Notes: generated by a model from the sequence alone, not told the origin. Shown: positions 35,955-46,551, counted from the first letter of the stretch. The stretch: 64,000 nt of DNA from Candidatus Latescibacterota bacterium (GCA_965204375.1 OZ241986.1:5728001-5792000), one strand, 5' to 3'. Made by a program: numbers and translations.

Positions 35955-37940
35955 ATGAAAATAAAAAAAGAAATATGCCGAGATCTCGATCAGGCGATAG
36001 GGCGGGAGTGGCTTGAGACCAATGGCCTGGGGGGATTTGCGTGTTCGACTATTATTGGGATGAACACGCGGCGGTACCACGGCTTGCTCATTCCCGCACA
36101 AGATGAGTCGCACGGTCGGTTTGTGGCACTGTCCAAATTTGAAGAGACGCTTATCGTGCCCGGCGCAGGGTCTTTTGAACTGAGCAGTAATTGCTACGCT
36201 GGCGTGATTCACCCGAACGGTTATACCCATCTCGAACATGTCCGCCTGGATCCTTTTCCCATCTTTACCTATTGTACTGACGATTTGTGTTTTGAAAAGC
36301 AAATTTTTATGGTCTATGGTCAAAATACCACTGTGATTTCTTACGGTCCTTTTGATCGTTCCGTTATGCTCGCGCTGCGTCCGCTCGCGGCTTTCCGAGA
36401 TTACCATCACCTGATGCGCCAGAATCATTCGCTCAATGGCGATGTCGATATTTGCGATGGTTTGATGAGTTTTCAGCCCTATTCGGAATACCCGCCTTTG
36501 CATATCGCGCACAATGGAGAATTTCAGTCGCGTGGCGATTGGTATTACAATTTTGAATATGCCGTTGAAGCCTATCGCGGTCTGGACAATCGGGAAGACC
36601 TGTATTGTCCCGGAGAATTTACCTTTGATCTCGAAGCGGGCGAATCCGCGCATTTGCTCGTCAGCCTTGAACGCGGTACTTGTGATGAGGTGAATGCGCT
36701 TCGGCAGGCTGAGGTAGATCGCAGAAATAAAATTGTTCAATCAGTTTCCAAATGCACTGGTCTCAGTTTGAGTGCGGATGCGTTTCTCGTTAGACGCAGC
36801 GACGCACGCGCTACTATTATCGCGGGTTATCCCTGGTTTACGGATTGGGGGCGCGATACGATGATTGCGCTGCCAGGTCTGTCGCTGGTGACCGGACGAT
36901 TTGAGGAAGCCCGCGATATTCTCGCTGCGTATGCACATTTTTGCGACAAGGGGGTAATTCCAAACCGTTTTCCCGATTGCGGTGATATACCTGAGTACAA
37001 TAGCGTGGATGCAACCCTGTGGTACGTCTATGCGGTGGATCGCTTTCTGGCGTACACAGATGATTATGCGTTTATGCGCGAAAATCTCTGGCGAGTGCTC
37101 CAGGAGATCATTCACTATTTTGTTCGGGGAACGCGCTATAATATTCATCTGGATTGCGATGGGTTGCTCTATGCCGGGGAACCCGGTGTGCAACTGACAT
37201 GGATGGATGCTAAGGTAGGAGATTGGGTCGTTACTCCGCGGCAGGGCAAACCCGTTGAGGTCAATGCGCTGTGGTACAATGCGCTGTGTGTGATGCGGAA
37301 TCTGGCTGACAGATATGGCAAATCCGATCTCAGTGTCGAATACGCTGGCCTTGCGGAAAAAACAGCCGCGAGTTTCGCGGAGGCATTTTGGAACCCCAGT
37401 GCTGGATGTCTGTACGATTGTCTGACCGATACGGTGTCCGATGCGGCAATTCGTCCGAATCAGATTTTTGCCCTCAGCCTGCCGCATCGCATGCTCGATG
37501 CCGTGCGTGAACGCAGTATTCTCAATGTGGTCGAACGCGAGTTGTTCACGCCTTATGGTTTGCGAAGTCTATCGCCGTCCGACGCGGCATACAGGGGCAC
37601 TTATGGCGGCGACCCATGTAGTCGCGATGGCGCGTATCATCAGGGGACGGTTTGGGCATGGCTTATGGGGCCGTTCATTACTTCATGGGTTCGCATTCAT
37701 GGCAAGGAGGCAGGTGTTCGTGCTAATGCAAGACGTATGTTGCGCCCTTTGTTGCGGCATGTTGAAGCGTCAGGCCTGGGACATATTTCTGAAATTTTCG
37801 ATGGCGACCCGCCCCATGCATCTCGCGGTTGCTTTGCCCAGGCTTGGAGTACTGCGGAAGTTTTGCGTGCTTTTGTGGAAGATGTGCTGGATCAGGGACC
37901 TGAAAAAAATCCGCAGATGGACGCAGATGGACGCGGATGA
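35955..37940 (+). CDS. Amylo-alpha-1,6-glucosidase (glycogen debranching enzyme, GDE N and C domains)
   Basis: EWLETNGLGG, TRRYHGLL, IAGYPWFTDWGRDTMI, TWMDA, GKPVEVNALWY, YHQGTVW, QAWS. Confidence 0.93.
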   Translation: MKIKKEICRDLDQAIGREWLETNGLGGFACSTIIGMNTRRYHGLLIPAQDESHGRFVALSKFEETLIVPGAGSFELSSNCYAGVIHPNGYTHLEHVRLDPFPIFTYCTDDLCFEKQIFMVYGQNTTVISYGPFDRSVMLALRPLAAFRDYHHLMRQNHSLNGDVDICDGLMSFQPYSEYPPLHIAHNGEFQSRGDWYYNFEYAVEAYRGLDNREDLYCPGEFTFDLEAGESAHLLVSLERGTCDEVNALRQAEVDRRNKIVQSVSKCTGLSLSADAFLVRRSDARATIIAGYPWFTDWGRDTMIALPGLSLVTGRFEEARDILAAYAHFCDKGVIPNRFPDCGDIPEYNSVDATLWYVYAVDRFLAYTDDYAFMRENLWRVLQEIIHYFVRGTRYNIHLDCDGLLYAGEPGVQLTWMDAKVGDWVVTPRQGKPVEVNALWYNALCVMRNLADRYGKSDLSVEYAGLAEKTAASFAEAFWNPSAGCLYDCLTDTVSDAAIRPNQIFALSLPHRMLDAVRERSILNVVERELFTPYGLRSLSPSDAAYRGTYGGDPCSRDGAYHQGTVWAWLMGPFITSWVRIHGKEAGVRANARRMLRPLLRHVEASGLGHISEIFDGDPPHASRGCFAQAWSTAEVLRAFVEDVLDQGPEKNPQMDADGRG

Positions 37941-37970
37941 ACTGTGCTGGATCAGGGACCTGAAAAATGA
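37883..37970 (+). repeat. 25-bp duplication of the gene 3' end enclosing a CGCAGAT-core repeat
   Basis: tgtgctggatcagggacctgaaaaa at 37883-37907 and 37943-37967; 35-nt insert aatccgcagatggacgcagatggacgcggatgaac. Confidence 0.92.
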
Positions 37971-37984
37971 AATAGAGGGGATAT

Positions 37985-39589
37985 ATGAATGAGATAGATC
38001 AAAATGGTCGTGAGCCAGTTGTGACAAAGTGGGGACGCATTGAGATCGATTTCGAGAGTGATAAAGATTACGGAAATCCCATTCAAGAAGCGGCATTGCA
38101 GGTGGTGTTTACATCGCCTTTTGGATCGGTCTATAATGTGATGGGATTCTGGGATGGTGGGCGGCAATGGCGCGTGCGGTTTTGCCCAGATGAAGAGGGC
38201 GAGTGGTCGTATGCGACGTTTTTTTCAGATGCGGAAAACACGGGATTGCACAATCGCGAGGGGCGTTTTACGTGCGGGCCATCGCAGACGAGCAGTGAAT
38301 TTGATGTTCACGGCCCGATTGCGCTGTCCGCAAACAGGCGGCATTTTGTTTATGCGGATGAGAAACCGTTTTTCTATATGGCAGATACAGCGTGGAACGG
38401 GTGTTTGCGGTCAACGCGGGATGAATGGCGCTATTATCTCAGCGAGCGCGTGCGACAGGGATTTAATACCGTGCAATGGGTGGCTACGCAGTGGCGTGCG
38501 GCTCCAGATGGCGATGTCGAGGGCAACCGGGCGTTTTCCGGTGTGGAGAAGATCGCAATAAATCCGGCTTTTTTTCAGCGGTTGGATGACTGGGTGGAGA
38601 TGACTTTTCAGGCGGGCCTGGTCAATGCGCCCGTGATGTTGTGGGCACTGGGAGGGCGCAATCATCCGGAAAAGAGTCCGGGCGTCTCGTTGTCAGAGGA
38701 CCAGATGATTCTGCTGGCTGAATATATGGTCGCGCGATGGGCGTGTTATCCCGTGGTGTGGATTCTGGGTGGGGATGGCAATTACGATGGTGAGAATGCT
38801 GAGCGATGGCAGCGCGTTGGTCGCGCGGTTTTCGGGAAAGGTCCACACGCACCTGTGGCGATGCACAGTTCGGGGCGGCGATTTCCGACTGATGAATTTC
38901 GGTCTGAAAATTGGCTTGATGTGGTGGGTTATCAAAGCGGCCACGGCGACAGCGACGAGACTTTGCAGTGGATTGTGAGGGGTCCGCCTTCGGAAGATTG
39001 GAAAAAGACACCGCGCCAATTTTATATTAACATGGAGCCTTCTTATGAAAATCATGTGGCCTATCATTCAAAGCGGCCACACGATGCAGCGTCGGTGAGG
39101 AGAGTGCTGTACTGGAGCCTGCTCAACGCGCCAACCGCTGGCGTGACTTATGGGGGACACGGCGTGTGGGGGTGGGACGATGGCAGCGGGCCGCCTGTTG
39201 ACCATCCCTATACGGGAACGCCCCTGCCTTGGCATGACGCGCTGATGATGGATGGGGCAGAGCAAGTGCGGCATCTCGTCAATGCATTCGATTCTATCGG
39301 GTGGTGGAATTTGCGCCCGGCGCCAGAGTTGTTGGGCGCGCAGCCCGGCGAGCGAGATGTACACAAACACATTTTGATTTCTAAATCTGTGGCAAATGAT
39401 CTCGTGGTTGCCTATACACCACAGGGTGAGGCGGTGGAGGTGATGGTGGCGGGTTTGGCACCACATCTGCGGGGTATCTGGTACAATCCGCGCGATGGAG
39501 ATGTCGATGCAGCAGAAGTGCGCGAGGTCAATGGCAGGCGCGTTTACGAAGCACCGGGAGAAGGCGATTGGCTTCTGGTTTTGGCATGA
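37985..39589 (+). CDS. DUF5060/DUF4038 family putative glycoside hydrolase (apiosidase-like)
   Basis: GFWDGG..WRVRF.P...G.W, PFFYMADTAW, RQGFN, QSGH, MEPSYE, GVTYG.HGVW, WYNPRDG...DWLLVL. Confidence 0.8.
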   Translation: MNEIDQNGREPVVTKWGRIEIDFESDKDYGNPIQEAALQVVFTSPFGSVYNVMGFWDGGRQWRVRFCPDEEGEWSYATFFSDAENTGLHNREGRFTCGPSQTSSEFDVHGPIALSANRRHFVYADEKPFFYMADTAWNGCLRSTRDEWRYYLSERVRQGFNTVQWVATQWRAAPDGDVEGNRAFSGVEKIAINPAFFQRLDDWVEMTFQAGLVNAPVMLWALGGRNHPEKSPGVSLSEDQMILLAEYMVARWACYPVVWILGGDGNYDGENAERWQRVGRAVFGKGPHAPVAMHSSGRRFPTDEFRSENWLDVVGYQSGHGDSDETLQWIVRGPPSEDWKKTPRQFYINMEPSYENHVAYHSKRPHDAASVRRVLYWSLLNAPTAGVTYGGHGVWGWDDGSGPPVDHPYTGTPLPWHDALMMDGAEQVRHLVNAFDSIGWWNLRPAPELLGAQPGERDVHKHILISKSVANDLVVAYTPQGEAVEVMVAGLAPHLRGIWYNPRDGDVDAAEVREVNGRRVYEAPGEGDWLLVLA

Positions 39590-39598
39590 GGAGATGAT

Positions 39599-40438
39599 AT
39601 GGATCACACTTTTGAACAGAATTGCACGGTGTCTTATAAGGTTCTCAGTCCCAATACCCGCGGATCAGATCACCATTACGAAATAGATGTCTGTGCATCG
39701 GCAGAGGAGTTGCGGCAATTTGACCGGGAAGGGTATCTGGTGCGCGAGGGATTGTTTGCGGGCGAGGACTTGAAAGCATTGCAAGACGCGCTGGATCGGT
39801 TGGAGGATCGGGAATCGGGTGCGTTTCGAGATACTGGAAAGCGGTCTTGGGGGCGTATCCCGCGGCATTTGATGGACAAGGATCCGGTGTTTTTGGATTT
39901 GTTGAAGTTTTCTCCTGTACTATCAGTGGCGCGGGCGATGATGGGGCCACTGGTCAGGCTTCGGGGATTGAGCGCGCGGATCAGTTATCCGGCTGAAACG
40001 CCTCATCAGACCCCATGGCACCAGCATTTGCGCGTGGTTTCCAATCCTTTGCCGCCGTGGTTTTCCAGACCACATGGGATAGATGCTCTGATTTATCTGG
40101 ATGATTTGAATGAGGATACGGGGGCTGTGGGAATTGTGCCGGGGTCGCACAATTGGTTGGATAGAGCACCGCCTCCCGATACTTATGAGCCGGTTGAGGG
40201 CGAGCTTGTGGTCCGCGTGAAGGCCGGGGGCGGCGTGTTGATTCACAGCAATCTCTGGCATCGCGGATTGCCGACGTTGAGAACAAAGCGCAGGATGTTG
40301 ATTTTGAGTTATACGCCCACCTGGTTGCGCCGATCACCCCACGGGGGACCGCCACCCGGCGACGGGTTGACGCAGGCGATTTTAGAAGGCGATGACGAGG
40401 AGGCGCGTATTTTGTTGGGTAAAGGTGGATATACTTAG
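39599..40438 (+). CDS. Phytanoyl-CoA dioxygenase (PhyH) family protein
   Basis: FDREGYLV, WHQH, IYLDD, VPGSH, LWHRG...R; HxH instead of HxD. Confidence 0.85.
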   Translation: MDHTFEQNCTVSYKVLSPNTRGSDHHYEIDVCASAEELRQFDREGYLVREGLFAGEDLKALQDALDRLEDRESGAFRDTGKRSWGRIPRHLMDKDPVFLDLLKFSPVLSVARAMMGPLVRLRGLSARISYPAETPHQTPWHQHLRVVSNPLPPWFSRPHGIDALIYLDDLNEDTGAVGIVPGSHNWLDRAPPPDTYEPVEGELVVRVKAGGGVLIHSNLWHRGLPTLRTKRRMLILSYTPTWLRRSPHGGPPPGDGLTQAILEGDDEEARILLGKGGYT

Positions 40439-40545
40439 AAGTGTGAAGTGTGAAGGTTGAAGTGTGAAGAAGCATCCGCTCTGGGGGTGTGTTGGGCGGA
40501 CTTCTAACTTCTAACTTCTAACTTCTAACTTCTAACTTCTTACTT
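40438..40545 (+). repeat. Heptamer-arm hairpin (GAAGTGT)n ... (ACTTCTA)n
   Basis: Left arm 40438-40472; inner stem TCCGCTC/GGGCGGA; right arm 5 perfect ACTTCTA plus 1 variant (40500-40541). Confidence 0.9.
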
Positions 40546-40564
40546 GTTTCTAAAGGAGTGATAT

Positions 40565-42733
40565 ATGAGCAGGGTAGCAGTTGGAGAATTGAATGTAGAT
40601 GCCGCGCTCTACGCATTGGTCAAAGACGAAATTGCGCCCGATACGGGCGTGGATGCAGAGGTTTTTTGGCAGGGGTTGGAAGAGATTGTAAGAGATCTGG
40701 GGCCGGAGAACCGGCGTTTATTGGAGAAACGCGATGTTTTGCAGGCTAAGATCGATGCCTGGCATAAGGGGCGCGAATCTATTGATGGGGAAGCGTACAG
40801 GGCATTTTTGCAGGAGATCGGGTATTTATTGCCCGAAGGGGATCATTTTCAGGTGTTGACAAATGGCGTTGATCCAGAGGTTGCGACAGTGGCGGGACCG
40901 CAACTGGTCGTGCCGGTGGATAATGCGCGTTATTGTTTGAATGCGGCCAATGCGCGCTGGGGCAGTTTGTACGATGCGGTGTATGGGACAGATGTGATTC
41001 CGGAGGATGATGGCGCGGATAAGGGAACGGCTTATAATCCCGTGCGCGGTGAGAAGGTGATTGCCAGAGCGAATGAATTTTTGGATGAGACTGTGCCGCT
41101 GTCCAATGGGTCTTATGTAGCAGTGACGGCGTTTGCTCTGGGTGAAGAGGGCGAGCAGAAGGTGCTCATCGCAGAGGTTGATGGTCGGGGTACAGGGCTG
41201 TCAGACCCGCATCAGTTTGTGGGTTATGCGGAGCGAGATGGGGCACTGTCCAGCGTGTTGTTGGCGCACAATGGGTTGCATATTGAGATTCAGATTGATC
41301 CGGGCCATCCCATTGGCAAAGACCATCCGGCAGGGGTGAAAGATGTGGTGCTGGAATCAGCAATTACCACGATTCAGGATTGTGAGGATTCCGTATCGGC
41401 TGTGGATGCCGCGGACAAGGTGCTCGTGTATCGCAACTGGTGCGGTTTGATGAAGGGGACGCTGGAGACGACTTTTGAAAAGAATGGACAACCTCTGAAT
41501 CGCAAATTGAATCCCGATAGGAATTATATCCGTCCAGATGGCGGTGCGTTGACATTGCCGGGGCGAAGCACGTTGCTGGTGCGAAATGTGGGTATTCACA
41601 TGTACACCGATGCGGTGACGACTGCCAACGGAGAGGCGATTCCCGAAGGGTTTCTGGATGTGATGGTAACGTCGCTGGCGGCTATTCACGATTTGAAGGG
41701 CAATGGCGTGTTTCAAAATAGCCGCTCGGGCAGCGTGTATATCGTAAAGCCCAAGATGCACGGTCCCGAAGAGGTGGCGGCGACGGTAGAATTATTCGGG
41801 CGTGTGGAAGATGCGCTTGGACTTGAGAGAAATACGCTGAAGATCGGGATTATGGATGAGGAACGGCGCACGACTGTCAATTTGAAACGCGCTATGTGGG
41901 AGGCCCGAGAGCGCGTCATTTTTATCAATACGGGATTTTTGGATCGCACGGGTGATGAGATGCACACGAGTATGGAAGCCGGTGCTATGCTTCCCAAGAA
42001 TGAAATTAAGGCGCAGCCGTGGTTGTCGGCTTATGAAGATTGGAATGTGGATGTGGGGATTGAGACGGGGTTGATCGGCAAAGGGCAAATTGGCAAGGGT
42101 ATGTGGGCGATGCCCGATGCGATGCGGGAGATGGTGGAGACGAAGATGAATCACCCCGAAGCAGGGGCGACTACTGCGTGGGTTCCTTCGCCGACGGCAG
42201 CCACATTGCATGCGATGCACTACCATCAGGTGAATGTTTCGGCGCGGCAGGCAGAACTCGCGAGGCGAGAACGCGCGAGTCTGGAGGCGATTTTGACGCC
42301 GCCTTTGCTGGATAGGGATCTGACGGCTGAGGAGATCGCGCAGGAATTGGATAATAACGCGCAGGGTATTTTGGGTTATGTGGTGCGCTGGGTCGATCAG
42401 GGTGTTGGCTGTTCTAAGGTGCCCGATATTCACGATGTAGGTCTGATGGAAGATCGCGCGACATTGCGTATTTCGAGCCAGCATATTGCCAACTGGCTGC
42501 ATCACGGGATTGTGAGTGCAGAGCAAGTCCGCGAGACTTTTGAGAAGATGGCAGCGGTTGTCGATCGGCAGAATGCGGGCGATCCGGCGTATCGCAATAT
42601 GGCTCCAAATTTTGATGAGAGTATTGCGTTTCAAGCGGCGCTCGATCTGGTTTTCAAGGGTCGCGAAGTGCCCAATGGATATACTGAACCGGTTTTACAC
42701 GTGCGACGGCGAGAGGTGAAGGGGGAAGTGTGA
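40565..42733 (+). CDS. glcB: Malate synthase G
   Basis: [73 protein letters not shown]. Confidence 0.97.
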   Translation: MSRVAVGELNVDAALYALVKDEIAPDTGVDAEVFWQGLEEIVRDLGPENRRLLEKRDVLQAKIDAWHKGRESIDGEAYRAFLQEIGYLLPEGDHFQVLTNGVDPEVATVAGPQLVVPVDNARYCLNAANARWGSLYDAVYGTDVIPEDDGADKGTAYNPVRGEKVIARANEFLDETVPLSNGSYVAVTAFALGEEGEQKVLIAEVDGRGTGLSDPHQFVGYAERDGALSSVLLAHNGLHIEIQIDPGHPIGKDHPAGVKDVVLESAITTIQDCEDSVSAVDAADKVLVYRNWCGLMKGTLETTFEKNGQPLNRKLNPDRNYIRPDGGALTLPGRSTLLVRNVGIHMYTDAVTTANGEAIPEGFLDVMVTSLAAIHDLKGNGVFQNSRSGSVYIVKPKMHGPEEVAATVELFGRVEDALGLERNTLKIGIMDEERRTTVNLKRAMWEARERVIFINTGFLDRTGDEMHTSMEAGAMLPKNEIKAQPWLSAYEDWNVDVGIETGLIGKGQIGKGMWAMPDAMREMVETKMNHPEAGATTAWVPSPTAATLHAMHYHQVNVSARQAELARRERASLEAILTPPLLDRDLTAEEIAQELDNNAQGILGYVVRWVDQGVGCSKVPDIHDVGLMEDRATLRISSQHIANWLHHGIVSAEQVRETFEKMAAVVDRQNAGDPAYRNMAPNFDESIAFQAALDLVFKGREVPNGYTEPVLHVRRREVKGEV

Positions 42734-42886
42734 AGTAGGAAGTGTGAAGGGTGAAGGGGGATTTCACACTAAGACACAAAGACGCAAAGATATAAGGGGA
42801 AGGTAAGAGGCAAAGAGGGGCTGGAGACTGGGGGCTGGGGCTGAGGAGGTGGTTGGGACTGACAACTGACAACTGGCTACTGAACT
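42715..42886 (+). repeat. Stack of several short tandem-repeat families in the glcB-coaX junction
   Basis: GAAGTGT/GAAGTAG units, cacactaagacacaaagacgcaaag, GGGGCTG-like units, and (ACTGACA)-like x4 before the ATG. Confidence 0.8.
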
Positions 42887-43642
42887 ATGGGGCGAAAGCT
42901 GCTGGTTTTTGATGTGGGCAATTCGCGTTTGAAGGCGGCGTTATACGATGACGACCGTCTGATTGCGCGTGTGTCTATTAGCGGAGTTCAAGATGCGACA
43001 CAGGTCGTGAATGTGCTTGAATCGCGTTTTGCCCCGAGAGGGACGCCTGATCGGTGTTTGGTTGCTTCTGTGGTGCGCGGCGCAGATGAGGTGATCCACA
43101 AGGCGGTTCAGACGGTATGGGCGATAGCGCCGCAGGTGGTTGATACAGAGATGGATCTGGGGATTGATGTCTCTGTGCCCCGTCCCGACCATGTTGGTAT
43201 TGACCGGCTATTGCAGGCGAGCGAGGCGTTTCGCATTTGCGCGGGAAGTGTGGTTGTCGCTGCTTTTGGCTCTGCGCTGACTGTGGATCTGGTGACGGCA
43301 GATGGTGTTTTTCGCGGGGGGACGATTGCGCCGGGTTTGGGTATGGGGTTGCGCGCGCTGTACGATGAAACGAGTTTGCTTCCCCAGGTGGCGCTTCAAC
43401 CGCCGGATTCGGCTGTTGGGACGGATACGACTTCTTGTATCCGGGCGGGTGTTATTTATGGGGCTGCTGGTGCCGTCGAGCGACTGTTTAGTGAATTGGT
43501 TCCAGATGGGGGGGCGACGCTTGTTTTGACCGGGGGAGATGCCGAGTTGATTGCGCCTTTTGTGAAATTTCCTCATCGGGTGGAGCCAGATCTGGTCATG
43601 CGTGCGCTGGTTTCTTTAGATCGCAGGATTTTTGACGGTTAA
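42887..43642 (+). CDS. coaX: Type III pantothenate kinase
   Basis: FDVGNSRLK, ASVV, VGIDR, GSALTVD, GGTIAPG, TSLLP, LTGGD. Confidence 0.9.
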   Translation: MGRKLLVFDVGNSRLKAALYDDDRLIARVSISGVQDATQVVNVLESRFAPRGTPDRCLVASVVRGADEVIHKAVQTVWAIAPQVVDTEMDLGIDVSVPRPDHVGIDRLLQASEAFRICAGSVVVAAFGSALTVDLVTADGVFRGGTIAPGLGMGLRALYDETSLLPQVALQPPDSAVGTDTTSCIRAGVIYGAAGAVERLFSELVPDGGATLVLTGGDAELIAPFVKFPHRVEPDLVMRALVSLDRRIFDG

Positions 43643-46347
43643 GGGGAAAAGGTTGTGGCGTTGAGGAGAACGATGCGGTCGCACGCGGTGGCGGGATAGT
43701 CCCTTACGGTGATGGTTTTTTCCGAGGCGGATTCGATTTCGTAGCCGGTGTCTGCGGCTAATAGATAGGTACCAGGGAGGGTATCGGGTTCGGACAGGGT
43801 TTGCGATATATGATAGGTGCGCTTGTCAATTGAGGTGACGTCGAGGGGGGTCTGCGCCTGCGGGAGTGTGAGGGTGTGACTGCCGCAGCGGAGTTCGGTG
43901 CCGCAGAGCAGATAAGCCCGTTGGAGATTGCCCTGATTGTCGATGGATGCATATGCAAATTGGCCTGTGATGGAGACGGGTCCGAGGTCGTGGATTGTGC
44001 CTTCTGGGGCTGAGAGAATGTAGTCGGTACAGTCGTCGCGTTTTACGGCTATTGCCATGGTGCTGGTGTCGGGGTCGTTCAGAATGAGATGTGCGGATTG
44101 GATGGGTGATTTGTTGGTGTAGGGTGCGATGACGGCGGCGTACTGACTATTTGTGTTCGCGTCGTGTTTGCGTTCGGCCAGGATTTGCTGGACGGGTGGG
44201 GCGTTGAGTTGGTCGCCCAGGTCCGAACGCCAGCCGGGCGCGTCTGCGAGCAGGAGGCGATGGATGGGGTTGAGCAGGGTGAGGTCCATTCGCAGGTCCT
44301 GGTTTTGCCATGTGGCGGTGAAGGGGGCTTGGGGATGGTCGGCTCGGATGTTGTCGAGCCATTCGATTTGTTCGTCAACGGGTTGGGGATCGGCACCGCG
44401 AATGTCCGTGAGGTGGCCGTTGCAGTGGAAGCCATACTGGTGGAGATTGCCGCCGTTTATTCGGAAGATGTCGATGGCGTAGGTCTGTTCGCCGGGGATC
44501 TGGATGAGCGCACAGGTGCGCTGGTAGCGATCGCACTGTTCGTAAGGGGCGGCGGATGCCTGGACGATTTCGACGCCTGCGCCCGTGCCGAAGAGTTGTA
44601 GAGTGGCGGGTTTTGGGTTGCCGCTCTGGTTTTGGGCGTCAACGGTGACGATGTTGTGGGAGAGGGTGCTTTTGGTCCAGGCATTTCTGGGGTCGTCCCA
44701 GATATAACCCCTGTCTGCAGCCATTTCTCGCCCCTGGGCGATGTAGATGATGCCCAGGCTGTCGTAGTGGCGATGGCCGCCATAGCCATAACCGTTGAAG
44801 TAGAAGGCGGTGTGGCCTTTCGGGTTTCCGCCGCGCAGGACAGCGACGTGCCAGCCGGGGAACCATTCGGTGTGGTGGGGCAGGTCGGTATTTTGTTCGG
44901 CTATCAGATCGGGATCCCGATGCCAGAGGGCGTATTCGTCGCCTTTTTGTGAGAGGGGGGCGTTCTGCGATTTTTCCAGCAGGCCGGCGTAGCGATTGCC
45001 GTAGTGGGCGCTCAGGACTTCGGCGTAGATGGGGTCAATGCCTCGGCCTTCCCGGGAGTCTCCGATGACGGGGTCTTGCAGGTTTGGGTCGAGCATGCGG
45101 ACCATGCTTTCCAGAGCCAGGCGGTAGCGGTCAAAGTGTTGAAAGGGGTCCAGGTTTTTGAGGACTGGACCGGTTTCGGGTTCGTAGCCGTCGGGGTCGG
45201 AGTATCCGACGAGCAGTTCTGGTATGTCGCGCAACAGGTTGAGGTGCATGGCGGAATAGGAGGGGGATTCGGTGCAGAAGCCGTCGAAGTGGAAGGCATC
45301 TTCGAGGAGGGTTTCAAGGCCTTCGATGGCGCGGCGCACGCTTTGCGGTTTGTTGCAGAGTATGCCAACGGCGGCACTTAGTGCGCGGCCAGGACCACAT
45401 TTGTTGTTGATTTCGCTCCAGTTTTCGGTGTCTGCACAGCCTGATAGGATGAGGTCGTTGACGATGCGTTGATCCATTTCGGGTGTGAGGACGGGTGAGC
45501 CATCTGGATACTGGGCAGTTCGAATGAGGTCGTAGGATAGGGTGACCTGGAGAATGGCTCCGCCATCGGAGCCGCTGCAGCCAAAGCGTCCGGCGCCCCA
45601 GAAGCCGTTGTTGAGGATGGCATGGTCGGCCTCGCGATGGCGACCTTCAAAGGCGGTGATGATGGTTTCGACGGGAAAACGCCCGGCACGGGGATATTTG
45701 CCCAGGGAGATGGCGGCTTCGGCTGGCGGGCAATCCGCTATGGTGCCGTCGTAGGAGTGGAAGAGCCAGTTGGGGTATCGCCGCGCCATGCAGTCCAGGA
45801 TCCAGGCGCACCGCTGGGCGTATAATACGTCATCCGTGAGGGCGTATAATTTGGCAAGCGGTAGCATTTGTTCAAAGATCCAGCGGCTTTTTTTTGTGCG
45901 GATGATGCCGGTCCAGCTCGTGTGTACGGGCCACCGGACCCATTTGAAGGCGTGTTTGCCCGATTTGTCTTCGGGGTGGGCGCGTTCTTCGTCGGTGAGG
46001 TAGTAGGTGAAGGTTTGGTTCATTCTGGGCGCGGTGATGCTGCCGATTTCGGGATAGTTGGTGTTGGGGTATTCGGTTTTGCAGTATTTGCAGATGAGCC
46101 TGTCTGGATCGGTGGGATCCCATTCGTACAGGCCGGTTTCGCCCATGGAGGAGAGGCGGTTGACGCAGGCGGGACAGTTCTGGCCGTATTCGGGCCAGGG
46201 GGTGAGTTCGGGCATCATGGTGTCGATAAAGTCGCGGTTCTGGTCCATGAGGTGGGCAACCTGTTGTTTCCAGTCTTCGAGGATGGCCTGCGCCCAGGGA
46301 TAGCGTCTGAGGTTTTCACGGGCGTTTTCGACGTTGAGGAGGGGCAT
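43639..46347 (-). CDS. Heparinase II/III-like protein
   Basis: DGFCTESPSY, PVIGDS, GGHRHYDSLG, DRGY, TLSHNIVTVD. Start trimmed to ATG 46347 (AGGAG). Confidence 0.78.
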   Translation of the reverse strand: MPLLNVENARENLRRYPWAQAILEDWKQQVAHLMDQNRDFIDTMMPELTPWPEYGQNCPACVNRLSSMGETGLYEWDPTDPDRLICKYCKTEYPNTNYPEIGSITAPRMNQTFTYYLTDEERAHPEDKSGKHAFKWVRWPVHTSWTGIIRTKKSRWIFEQMLPLAKLYALTDDVLYAQRCAWILDCMARRYPNWLFHSYDGTIADCPPAEAAISLGKYPRAGRFPVETIITAFEGRHREADHAILNNGFWGAGRFGCSGSDGGAILQVTLSYDLIRTAQYPDGSPVLTPEMDQRIVNDLILSGCADTENWSEINNKCGPGRALSAAVGILCNKPQSVRRAIEGLETLLEDAFHFDGFCTESPSYSAMHLNLLRDIPELLVGYSDPDGYEPETGPVLKNLDPFQHFDRYRLALESMVRMLDPNLQDPVIGDSREGRGIDPIYAEVLSAHYGNRYAGLLEKSQNAPLSQKGDEYALWHRDPDLIAEQNTDLPHHTEWFPGWHVAVLRGGNPKGHTAFYFNGYGYGGHRHYDSLGIIYIAQGREMAADRGYIWDDPRNAWTKSTLSHNIVTVDAQNQSGNPKPATLQLFGTGAGVEIVQASAAPYEQCDRYQRTCALIQIPGEQTYAIDIFRINGGNLHQYGFHCNGHLTDIRGADPQPVDEQIEWLDNIRADHPQAPFTATWQNQDLRMDLTLLNPIHRLLLADAPGWRSDLGDQLNAPPVQQILAERKHDANTNSQYAAVIAPYTNKSPIQSAHLILNDPDTSTMAIAVKRDDCTDYILSAPEGTIHDLGPVSITGQFAYASIDNQGNLQRAYLLCGTELRCGSHTLTLPQAQTPLDVTSIDKRTYHISQTLSEPDTLPGTYLLAADTGYEIESASEKTITVRDYPATACDRIVLLNATTFSP

Positions 46348-46551
46348 GGGTACTCCTGTGGAACGCGTTGGTTTTATCGCTTTTACTTTTTGCAATATAT
46401 TGAGAAATAGACTTTGTGTCTAACCAAAGAATGGACGCACGATATAACTGTTTGTATCTCATTTCTTGCGTCTTGTATCTCTCTTTTGTAATATTTTCAC
46501 TGACCAGACGCGTAATACCAGAATACAGGCTATTTATTTTGGAGGAATACG

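Noticed and set aside
37883-37967. CRISPR-like repeat-spacer-repeat (25/35/25)
   Set aside because: The repeat is the coding 3' end of the upstream gene and the spacer is itself a tandem repeat.
41792-42634. Long antisense ORFs (also 18352-19191, 35913-36740, 51129-51938, 52304-53011)
   Set aside because: They shadow well-supported genes on the opposite strand and show no motifs; expected from codon bias.
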